DNA from: Candidatus Micrarchaeota archaeon
GTDB taxonomy: Archaea > Micrarchaeota > Micrarchaeia > Micrarchaeales > CABMGC01
Length of the DNA stretch: 11,090 nucleotides
NCBI GenBank assembly: GCA_027319905.1
Contig: DAHVMJ010000021.1
Coordinates: 1-11,090 of the forward strand
Reading direction: 5' to 3'
Shown here piece by piece: positions 1 through 6,984 of this stretch. The translations under genes and the position numbers were made by a program. The notes under the pieces were generated by a model. It worked only from the letters and a program-made list of their open reading frames with translations, was not told the origin of the DNA and made no database searches. Every line of letters starts with the position of its first letter. The first letter of the stretch is position 1.

Positions 1-221
1 TGATCGCTGGAATACAGATATACAACACAAGCCTCTCAGCCAACGAGATACAGTATCTGTACACAGAGGGCATCGGCGGCGCGCCAATACGGCTGCAGAA
101 CCTCGTGGGCTGGTGGCCGCTCAACGGCAACGCGAACGACTACTCCGGAAATGGCAACAACGGCGTGCCCAGCGGGGTAACGTACACGAGCCAGTGGACA
201 TCAGGCTACACGACGCCATGA
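1..221 (+). CDS. 3' end of a LamG-like (concanavalin A-like jellyroll) surface protein, paralog of 6062..6976 (partial, not in ORF track)
   Basis: The frame from position 3 reads IAGIQIYNTSLSANEIQYLYTEGIGGAPIRLQNLVGWWPLNGNANDYSGNGNNGVPSGVTYTSQWTSGYTTP, with stop TGA at 219-221. The last 51 aa are 44/51 identical to the C-terminus of 6062..6976. Confidence 0.9.
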   Translation, partial: IAGIQIYNTSLSANEIQYLYTEGIGGAPIRLQNLVGWWPLNGNANDYSGNGNNGVPSGVTYTSQWTSGYTTP

Positions 222-238
222 AGACGGCACTGCATGGC

Positions 239-246
239 TTTATAGC
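239..246 (+). promoter_or_regulatory. Archaeal TATA box (TTTATAGC) for the 268 gene, probably a leaderless transcript
   Basis: It is the only AT-rich box in the intergenic gap and ends about 22 nt before ATG 268, the spacing expected when the TSS coincides with the start codon. No SD sequence is visible. Confidence 0.55.
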
Positions 247-267
247 CTTTGGCGCGCACATATCCCT

Positions 268-768
268 ATGCGTCGTCCGCTAAGGCTCCAGTCAGCAATC
301 GAGTATCTTGTCACCTACGGCTGGGCCATACTTGCAATCACCGTAGTCCTTGCCGCGCTCTTCGCGCTCGGCGTCTTCAACCCCGGCAACACCCTACCTA
401 CCCAGTGCATACTGCCTGCCGGCCTCTCGTGTACAAGCGTCTACGTAGCCAGCAACGGCCTCGCAAGCATAAATCTGCTTCAGGCGACGCTGACTCCCAT
501 AAACGTCACGTCGTTCGGATGCAACACCAACCAGACCGTGGCCCACATGTACCTTCCCTACAATCCGCCTTCCAACCAGGTAAAACTTCAGATAGGCGGC
601 AACTACTCGTTCAGCGTGCAGTGCTGGACAGGAAGCGGGGCCTTAAGCGCTCCATACTCCGCTACTCCCGGTACGGGCTTCGAAGGTTACCTGACCGTAA
701 ACTATATTGAGACCACTTCAGGGTTTTCGCATACCGTCATAGGGCAGCTGACCGCGAAGGTGGCATGA
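268..768 (+). CDS. Type IV pilin-like protein with class III signal peptide (166 aa)
   Basis: Basic N-terminus MRRPLRL, then QSAIE (Q+1, E+5) and a hydrophobic helix YLVTYGWAILAITVVLAALFALGVF. The rest is an S/T/N/G-rich beta-type domain with 4 Cys. Confidence 0.85.
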   Translation: MRRPLRLQSAIEYLVTYGWAILAITVVLAALFALGVFNPGNTLPTQCILPAGLSCTSVYVASNGLASINLLQATLTPINVTSFGCNTNQTVAHMYLPYNPPSNQVKLQIGGNYSFSVQCWTGSGALSAPYSATPGTGFEGYLTVNYIETTSGFSHTVIGQLTAKVA

Positions 769-793
769 GCAGCACAGACGGCAAGCCCGCGTC

Positions 794-3700
794 CTACGCA
801 CACTTTGTGTAGCCGCAGTTCCTGCATGTGTAACAACCGCTCTCGTGCACTAGCGCGGGTTCACTGCACTCAGGGCACGTCTCCGGCTTTATCTCTCCTT
901 CCGTCTTTGCCCCTACACTAAGCTGGTATCCGGCTCCAGGGTCCTCGCCGCTCTTCTTGTCCAGAGGCATTGCCTTGAAGCTTGCGCTGCCCAGAGCTAT
1001 CTCCAGCGCCTTGGCTATGGCGTCCGGCACGCTGTAAAGCTTGATGCCGCGGTCCCAGGTTATTGCGTCGTTCGCCTTTATTCCCTTCAGGCTCTGGATG
1101 ACGTCGCTCAGATCACCGTTGAGCTGCACATAGCGGCTGATCAGCCTGCCTATAGCCTCTGTGTAGCTCTTCTCCTGACTGCCCGTGTGGCCCATGTTGA
1201 CAAATACCTCTCTTATCTTGCCCTCCTCATCGAAGTTGGCTGTGACGTAGAGCGAGGTCTGCTGCATCTTCAGCTTCACCGTCTTGCCTACAAGCGCCTG
1301 CGGCCTCTTCCACCCGCTTTCCAACTGCGCCTTCGCCGCCTCTTTCTTCTTCTCCTCCTCGTCGCTGATCAGTATGCCCTCGCGCGAGCCCTCCCTGTAG
1401 ACAGTAATGCCCTTTGCTCCGGCCTTCCATGCCATCATGTAGATGTCGCCCACCTGCTCGACTGACGTGTTCTCTGGCAGGTTCACTGTGGACGATATGG
1501 CGCTGTCTATGTGCTTCTGGATTATCCCTTGGAGCTTGACCCTGAACTCGGCCTTTATCTTATGCGCGGGAACAAAGAAATCAGGCAGCTTGGCGTCATC
1601 CTTCAGCCCTGCAACCTGCATGTAATCGAGCACGAGCGGGTGGTAGACCCTGAAGAACTCCTTGCTCAGCGACTCGCTCCTTCGTGTGTAGCTGAACGCG
1701 AATATGGGCTCTATGCCGCTAGACGTACCCGCGAGCACCGACCCGCTGCCTACGGGCGGTATAGTGAGCAGCGCCACGTTACGCAACCCGTTATCTGAAA
1801 TCTTCTGCCTTATGCTTTCGTTGAGCGTCCGGACAAATGGCATCGAGAGATGCTTCTCCCTGTCGAAGAGAGGGAACGGCCCCTTCTCCTTCGCTATCTC
1901 TGTGCTTTCATCATAGGCGGCATTCTCGATGGCGGAGAAGAGCTTGTCCACGAACGCCAGCGACTCATCGCTGTCGTACTTTATCCTGAGCTTCGCAAGC
2001 ATGTCGCCCAAGCCCGTCACCCCGAGGCCCGTCCTCCTGCTCTTGCTCACCGCTTCCGCCTGTTCCTTGAGCGGATGCCTGTCCGCATTGTAGTCCAGCA
2101 CGTTGTCCAGGAAACGCATCGCGTATCTGGTCGCCTTCTCCAGGCCGGCCCAATCTGTGCGGGCGTTGTCAGTGAAGGAGTCAAGCACGAATGCGGACAG
2201 GTTGATGCTGCCTAGGTCGCAGGCTCCATAAGGCTGCAGCGGCTGTTCGCTGCACGGGTTTGTGGTTATCACCTCCATGCCGTTGTACTCGCTCGGCGAG
2301 TACTTCTTGACCGTGTCCCAGAATATCAGCCCCGGCTCGGCCCAGTCCCTAGCGGCTTTTATCAGTTCGTTCCAAAGCAGCCTTGCCTTCACCACTCTCT
2401 CTATCTTTCCCGTCTTCTTGCTGTCGAACCTCAGTGTGAAGTCCGTGTCGCCTTCCACCGCGCGCATGAACTCGTCTGTTATGCGTATGCTGATGTTCGC
2501 ATACCTTACCTTCTTCAGGTTCTGCTTCACCTTTATGAACTCAATAACGTCCGGATGGTCAACGCTTATGGTTATCATCAGGGCCCCGCGCCTGCCGTTC
2601 TGGCCTATCGTATGCGTGGTCTCGCTCATTATCTCCATGAACGACACGGCACCGCTGGAGAATACTGCGCTGTTGTTCACCGGAGCCCCTCTCGGTCTCA
2701 GGAGCGTTATGTCTGAACCCACCCCCCCTCCAAGGCTGTACGTCCTTGCCGCTTCCTTGCACCAGTCGAATATCGCCTCAAGCGAGTCCTCCTTTATCGG
2801 AATGACGTAGCAGTTCCCAGTGAGTATGCCATTGCCCAAAACAAAAGTGTGTGTCTTAGGTTCATCGCAGCAGTAAACGTCCTCTTCGATGTTTGTTTCT
2901 TCAATCGATTCTATCCCTATGGTGTATCTCTTCTGTGGCCCTTTAGACTTTCCAAATTTGGCAAGGTGATCAGAACGCAGGAACAAGTCCTCGGATAACG
3001 AAGCTTTCCAGAAGCCCAGCCTGTACAAAGGCGCGGGTGCGCCACTGTAAGGACTGTATTCTCTACACGTGAAGATGTCATTGCCGATCAAGCCAACCCT
3101 GCCCAGCTGCGTCTTTATTATTTCTAAATCCTTTTTGTTGTGAGAGTCTATTCCGGCACTTACTCCACGCGTATCCATCCATCCGTCAGTACCAATATAC
3201 CCGCTTATGAAGCCATACCAGTAAGAAGAAGTTTCAGATGTTGGTGGAAGTTTCTTCAAGTCATAGACCGAGCGTATGCCGCTACCCAGCAAGGCGCCTT
3301 TGAGCGTGTCGTTATTTCCACCATACTCGTGAACCTTAGGCAGGTATTTCGCAAGCTCTCTCTGTGCTCCGAATAGCCAAACAGAGTAAGTTGTACCGGC
3401 GTAGTTCTTGGTTCCATCCCCGTACACAATTCCATGAATCACACCGTCGTAGTACTTCGAATCTTTTTTGGGTTTATCTGGAAGGTTCACCACAAGGCCG
3501 TTGCCGCCTTTGTAGTTCATCAATTCAACGGTAGTCTTCTTGACTAGGCGTTTGTTTGATCTTATGACCCAATCGTGGTTTGCCGTTGCAAATAAGACAT
3601 CCCCATTTTTAAGTTTGACTTTGTAGAGCGTCTGCCTGCCGAAGTTTCTGAAAGTAACCGTTGACCATCCCTTAGGGGTTAGCACTTCAACCGCCTGCCC

Positions 3701-4216
3701 TACCAGATTCTTTATATTGACACTCTCCACAGTGTTGAGGTGTTCTATGCCCTGTAACAGGAGTTTGTTGTTGTAGCCCAGTATGGGAGTAACGGCGTCT
3801 ACGGTCTTCTTTATAAGAACTTGGGTGTCGCCTCTTAAACAATTTAGTAGCGTAGCCCTCTTCCTGGCCCCGGCGCCGAACATTATCCTGCCTCCTGGGA
3901 CGAATCTGAAATCCTTGAGCAGCCACATGAACTTCTCATGCCACTCGCTCCTCTTCGCGTCATCGGTTTCCACGCTAGCGAGTTCGTGCGATATTCGCTC
4001 CCACATCTCGGCAGGCAGCTTCTCAAGCACGCGCCCCTTCTCGTCCTTCAGCGCATACTTCTCATAGAATACGCGCGCGCGGATCTCGTCTCCATTGAAG
4101 AAATCGAGCGTCTCCTTCGGTATGCCCACGATGGGCGTGCCCTCGACCTTCAGTTCCTCCTCTTCTTTTTCCGTAACGTGCTTATCGTCTACAGCAGCCA
4201 CTCCCACACCATCCAT
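794..4216 (-). CDS. nrdJ: Adenosylcobalamin-dependent class II ribonucleotide reductase, intein-containing precursor (1140 aa, about 797 aa after splicing)
   Basis: Motifs seen: FVPGGR, LLN|CYV (redox Cys), GGGVG, RRGALM, TNPCSEQPL (thiyl-radical Cys), GACDLGSINL, RRTGLGVTG, TSSGIEP, ISSTVN, KGITVYREGSR. The C-terminus has a TSCPD-like domain (KRP...YSVPDAIA) and a Cys-rich tail CPEC...CYTCRNCGYTKC. No obvious N-terminal ATP-cone. Confidence 0.95.
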   Translation of the reverse strand: MDGVGVAAVDDKHVTEKEEEELKVEGTPIVGIPKETLDFFNGDEIRARVFYEKYALKDEKGRVLEKLPAEMWERISHELASVETDDAKRSEWHEKFMWLLKDFRFVPGGRIMFGAGARKRATLLNCLRGDTQVLIKKTVDAVTPILGYNNKLLLQGIEHLNTVESVNIKNLVGQAVEVLTPKGWSTVTFRNFGRQTLYKVKLKNGDVLFATANHDWVIRSNKRLVKKTTVELMNYKGGNGLVVNLPDKPKKDSKYYDGVIHGIVYGDGTKNYAGTTYSVWLFGAQRELAKYLPKVHEYGGNNDTLKGALLGSGIRSVYDLKKLPPTSETSSYWYGFISGYIGTDGWMDTRGVSAGIDSHNKKDLEIIKTQLGRVGLIGNDIFTCREYSPYSGAPAPLYRLGFWKASLSEDLFLRSDHLAKFGKSKGPQKRYTIGIESIEETNIEEDVYCCDEPKTHTFVLGNGILTGNCYVIPIKEDSLEAIFDWCKEAARTYSLGGGVGSDITLLRPRGAPVNNSAVFSSGAVSFMEIMSETTHTIGQNGRRGALMITISVDHPDVIEFIKVKQNLKKVRYANISIRITDEFMRAVEGDTDFTLRFDSKKTGKIERVVKARLLWNELIKAARDWAEPGLIFWDTVKKYSPSEYNGMEVITTNPCSEQPLQPYGACDLGSINLSAFVLDSFTDNARTDWAGLEKATRYAMRFLDNVLDYNADRHPLKEQAEAVSKSRRTGLGVTGLGDMLAKLRIKYDSDESLAFVDKLFSAIENAAYDESTEIAKEKGPFPLFDREKHLSMPFVRTLNESIRQKISDNGLRNVALLTIPPVGSGSVLAGTSSGIEPIFAFSYTRRSESLSKEFFRVYHPLVLDYMQVAGLKDDAKLPDFFVPAHKIKAEFRVKLQGIIQKHIDSAISSTVNLPENTSVEQVGDIYMMAWKAGAKGITVYREGSREGILISDEEEKKKEAAKAQLESGWKRPQALVGKTVKLKMQQTSLYVTANFDEEGKIREVFVNMGHTGSQEKSYTEAIGRLISRYVQLNGDLSDVIQSLKGIKANDAITWDRGIKLYSVPDAIAKALEIALGSASFKAMPLDKKSGEDPGAGYQLSVGAKTEGEIKPETCPECSEPALVHESGCYTCRNCGYTKCA
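2813..3841 (-). mobile_element. Intein with LAGLIDADG homing endonuclease (343 aa, residues 126-468 of NrdJ)
   Basis: Block A CLRGDTQVL, block B LFATANHDW (TxxH), LAGLIDADG-like blocks GVIHGIVYGDGT and GFISGYIGTDGW, block F EDVYCCDEPKTHTF, and block G GILTGN followed by Cys+1. Removal restores RATLLN-CYVIP. Confidence 0.95.
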
Positions 4217-4270
4217 TTATCAACAGAGAAATAAAGCGAATGTGTCGCCATCAGTATTTTCTACAGATAC

Positions 4271-4280
4271 CTATTTAATC
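4271..4280 (-). promoter_or_regulatory. Candidate TATA box (GATTAAATAG) upstream of nrdJ
   Basis: TTAAATA box lies about 55 nt upstream of the annotated ATG in the AT-rich rnhB-nrdJ gap. Confidence 0.35.
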
Positions 4281-4354
4281 CTGAGTTTGAGAAACTGTGT
4301 TTTGGTTTTCTCTGAAGGAATTCCAATAACAATTCCTATACTCATGTAAACGTT

Positions 4355-5053
4355 TCAAAATCCTGCGAATTCCTTTATCTTCCGCTGCTTTATCCTCTCA
4401 AGCGTCTTCCAGTACTCGCGTATGTAAGGATTGAGCTTCTTGCTCGCCAGGTTGCTCTTTATCGCCTCAACGGTGTACTTGTCGCTCGGGTATCCCGAGC
4501 CTATCTCAACACCGCTCTCGCGTTCTATGCGCTCCATCTCCCTGTCCCTTATGACTTTGGCTATTATGCTCGCGCCAGACACGACAGGATATCTGGCATC
4601 TGCCTTGTGCTCCGAGATTATTTTTATTCCCCTCTTTTTCCCATCGCCTTTAACCCCGACTACGCCCATGGGCTTCGTTGCAGCAAGACCAATCCTCGTC
4701 CCGAAGCGCTCTGCGCGCACATCTGGAGAGTCTATGTACATGCGTCCCACGCTGCTCTTCAGCTCGTCCACGAGCTGTGCGAAACGCATCGCCTCGAGTT
4801 GGTTTATCGACACGCCGCTGCGCATCGCGCTGTTTATCTCCTCGTTGCTTATGGGATAGTACTTGACTTCTTCGCATATGTCCTGTATCTCGTCGAACAG
4901 GAAGTCGCGCTTCCTCCTTGTCAACATCTTAGAGTCCCGCACCCCTATGTCAGAGAGCCGCTTCTCCTTGCCCTTGCTTACGCATATAACGCTTACCACA
5001 AGCGGGCCGATCACGGCCCCCCTTCCGGCCTCGTCGCCTCCCCCTATTATCAT
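4355..5053 (-). CDS. rnhB: Ribonuclease HII (archaeal type)
   Basis: DEAGRGAVIGPLVV, GVRDSK, YIDS, EHKADARYPVVSGASIIAKV and GSGYPSD motifs. Confidence 0.96.
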   Translation of the reverse strand: MIIGGGDEAGRGAVIGPLVVSVICVSKGKEKRLSDIGVRDSKMLTRRKRDFLFDEIQDICEEVKYYPISNEEINSAMRSGVSINQLEAMRFAQLVDELKSSVGRMYIDSPDVRAERFGTRIGLAATKPMGVVGVKGDGKKRGIKIISEHKADARYPVVSGASIIAKVIRDREMERIERESGVEIGSGYPSDKYTVEAIKSNLASKKLNPYIREYWKTLERIKQRKIKEFAGF

Positions 5054-5180
5054 GAAAACAGTCCGCTACTTATACTCGGTTAAGCCTTAAAACCCTTCTC
5101 AGACACGCGTCGTATTATCTACCTTTTCTTCGTAACTAGCTCGAGTAGACGGGAAAGATTAGCGAAGGCCCAAGAGCAGC

Positions 5181-5209
5181 AAAAACCTCAAGCTACACTC
5201 TCCTTGAAG
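5181..5209 (-). terminator. Hairpin plus U-tract downstream of the PRC-barrel gene
   Basis: The minus strand reads CUUCAAG-GAGAGUGUAG-CUUGAGG-UUUUU: a 7-bp stem with one G:U pair, about 20 nt after the stop codon. Confidence 0.45.
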
Positions 5210-5228
5210 CGAGAATGAGAAAAGCGTT

Positions 5229-5483
5229 TCAGCTTACCGTCTTTCTGTCGACGACTATGTAATCATTGACGGCCATCACGCTGTCGTACGCAACTTTTAT
5301 CTTGCCGTCCTTCACATCAAGCTTCTTCACGAACTCGTTGTCTGCGTTGGGCTCTACTATCAGGCTTGTCAGCTTGCCTGTAACCTCGTTCAGCTCCGCA
5401 TCCAGGAACCTTCCTAGGTCTATCCCATCGCTGGTGATGACCTCCTTGCCGATAAGTTGCTCAGCAATAACATACTTTACCAT
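5229..5483 (-). CDS. Stand-alone PRC-barrel domain protein (84 aa), possibly a CdpB-like cell division protein
   Basis: QLIGKEVITSDGIDLGRFLDAELNEVTGKLTSLIV...VAYDSVMAVNDYIVV matches the PRC-barrel pattern. ATG 5483 (MVKY) is preferred over the upstream alternative start at 5504. Confidence 0.85.
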   Translation of the reverse strand: MVKYVIAEQLIGKEVITSDGIDLGRFLDAELNEVTGKLTSLIVEPNADNEFVKKLDVKDGKIKVAYDSVMAVNDYIVVDRKTVS

Positions 5484-5555
5484 GTTTTCGCCTTCGAAAC
5501 ACAATATCTCTCTATACAGCTAACAATTTATACCTATTCCCTATCCCCGCGAACA

Positions 5556-5969
5556 TCAGACGACCTCGAGTATGGCCTTCTTTTTCATCGCGTTCAGCAC
5601 GTGGCCATAGTCGCGGTAGTGGATAAAGGCTGTGATCGAAAGTGTGTACTCTCCCTTGTCTGTGCCCGCATCTCCGTACACATCAGCGCGTACCTGCCTC
5701 TCCTCACTAGGGGCCAGGGTTCCTACGCGCAGCTCCTTGGCGCCGGAGAGTCCGGTCTCATCGAGGCTCAGGCCCTTGGGCACCTGAACAACCACAGAGC
5801 TCAGTACTGGCTCGGTGGTGAGGTTCTTGAGTTTCATGAGCAGCATGCTAGAACTCTTCCTGTTCGCGTAAAGCCGATACGGTATGAACTCGCTTGCTAT
5901 CTGGTACGGGAGCGTTCTGCCGACCTCCGTAGCAGCATCCTTCTTCCCGAACAGGTCAAGTATCTTCAC
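5556..5969 (-). CDS. Hypothetical protein (137 aa), probable Ig-like beta-sandwich, no signal peptide
   Basis: Host-like codon usage and fills the gap between genes. The pattern LKNLT...VQVPKGLSL...VGTLAPSEERQV...TDKGEYTLSITA resembles CARDB/NPCBM-associated Ig-like folds (inference). Confidence 0.7.
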   Translation of the reverse strand: MKILDLFGKKDAATEVGRTLPYQIASEFIPYRLYANRKSSSMLLMKLKNLTTEPVLSSVVVQVPKGLSLDETGLSGAKELRVGTLAPSEERQVRADVYGDAGTDKGEYTLSITAFIHYRDYGHVLNAMKKKAILEVV

Positions 5970-5991
5970 ATTGTCGCCGTAAAGAAGAGTG

Positions 5992-6039
5992 CAGTAAAAG
6001 TATTTAAATCGCGTGGAGAAGCCAGTAAAAGTTTATTAA
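5992..6039 (+). promoter_or_regulatory. Tandem BRE/TATA elements in the divergent promoter region
   Basis: CAGTAAAAGT occurs at 5992-6001 and 6023-6032, running into TATTTAAA and TTTATTAA respectively. The second TATA ends about 23 nt before ATG 6062. Confidence 0.6.
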
Positions 6040-6061
6040 CAGGAATTGGCAAACAAGAAGC

Positions 6062-6976
6062 ATGCGCAGCATACGGCTTCAGTCTGCGATGGAGTACCTG
6101 ATGACCTACGGATGGGCTATACTGATAATCGCAGTCGTGCTTGGAGCGCTCTTTCAGCTCGGTGTCTTCAATGCAGGCGCCTTCGCGCCACGCGCGCCAC
6201 CGGGCGCCTGCCAGGTCTTCAGACCGAACGGACCGAACACGGCGACATATGTTAACCTCGAGGGCGTGTGCAGCGGAGAGCTGCCTCAGTATGTCGGAAG
6301 CTTCATTGGTTGCAGCGGCTGTGCTAGCACCACACTCTCGTGGATAAATGCCCCCAACCCTGACCTGGCCAGTACAAGCTCTTTAACAATAAGCGCGTGG
6401 ATATACACTCAAACCAGCGTTCCCTGCGACCAGCCAATATTCACAAGCTTGTTCAATCGCGTCCTTCCCGATGGTGCCGGCCTAGTTCTCATCCACATGA
6501 AGCCCTTTTTTCAGACCGGTAACACCATTACCGCAGCAAGTTTTTCTGGTGCAAGCAATGTTATCACAGGAAGCTGGACGAACATAGTCGCAACGTCCGC
6601 TCTCGGGAGCGGCAACATTTACGTTAATGGTGCACTTTCAAGCAGCGGCACGACAACTTACACAATAGTATCTAACTCTGTGGATACTAATTTTGGGATA
6701 GGGCTTGACAATACTACGTACGTATGTCCGGGTTCTTACTCGCATTTTAATGGGACGATAAGCAATGTGCAGCTCTACAATACCTCCTTTTCACAGGCGG
6801 AGATTACGGCGCTGTACGACGAGGGCATCGGCGGCGCACCCCTCAAGCTGCAGAACCTCGTTGGTTGGTGGCCTCTCAACGGAAACGCGAACGATTACTC
6901 TGGCAATAACAACAACGGTGTGCCAAACGGAGTAACGTACACGAACCAGTGGGCTTCCGGCTACACGCCTCCGTGA
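6062..6976 (+). CDS. Class III signal peptide (pilin-like) protein with LamG-like jellyroll domain (304 aa)
   Basis: N-terminus MRSIRL-QSAMEYLMTYGWAILIIAVVLGALFQLGVF. LamG_3-type motifs LTISAWI, WTNIV, IYVNG, FNGTISNVQLYNTSFSQAEITALY and LVGWWPLNGNANDYSGN. Confidence 0.9.
   Translation: MRSIRLQSAMEYLMTYGWAILIIAVVLGALFQLGVFNAGAFAPRAPPGACQVFRPNGPNTATYVNLEGVCSGELPQYVGSFIGCSGCASTTLSWINAPNPDLASTSSLTISAWIYTQTSVPCDQPIFTSLFNRVLPDGAGLVLIHMKPFFQTGNTITAASFSGASNVITGSWTNIVATSALGSGNIYVNGALSSSGTTTYTIVSNSVDTNFGIGLDNTTYVCPGSYSHFNGTISNVQLYNTSFSQAEITALYDEGIGGAPLKLQNLVGWWPLNGNANDYSGNNNNGVPNGVTYTNQWASGYTPP
6821..6976 (+). repeat. Diverged 156-nt paralogous repeat of 66..221 (conserved C-terminus of the LamG pilin-like genes)
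   Basis: Gap-free codon alignment with 44/51 aa identity and many synonymous third-position differences. Confidence 0.9.
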
Positions 6977-6984
6977 AAATACGG

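Noticed and set aside
66..221. Repeat pair 66..221 / 6821..6976 as a DGR template and variable repeat
   Set aside because: Differences include many C/T and G/T synonymous changes rather than adenine-specific ones, both copies are coding C-termini, and no reverse transcriptase is in the window.
249..710. 153-aa alternative-frame ORF
   Set aside because: It overlaps the pilin-like gene in another frame and has an R/P/H-rich, non-protein-like composition.
1187..4349. Numerous plus-strand and off-frame ORFs over nrdJ
   Set aside because: Shadow ORFs produced by codon bias of a clearly identified gene, with no recognisable motifs.
4217..4354. Cobalamin riboswitch or NrdR box upstream of nrdJ
   Set aside because: The region is AT-rich with no B12-box or GGGAA core and no NrdR-type palindrome.
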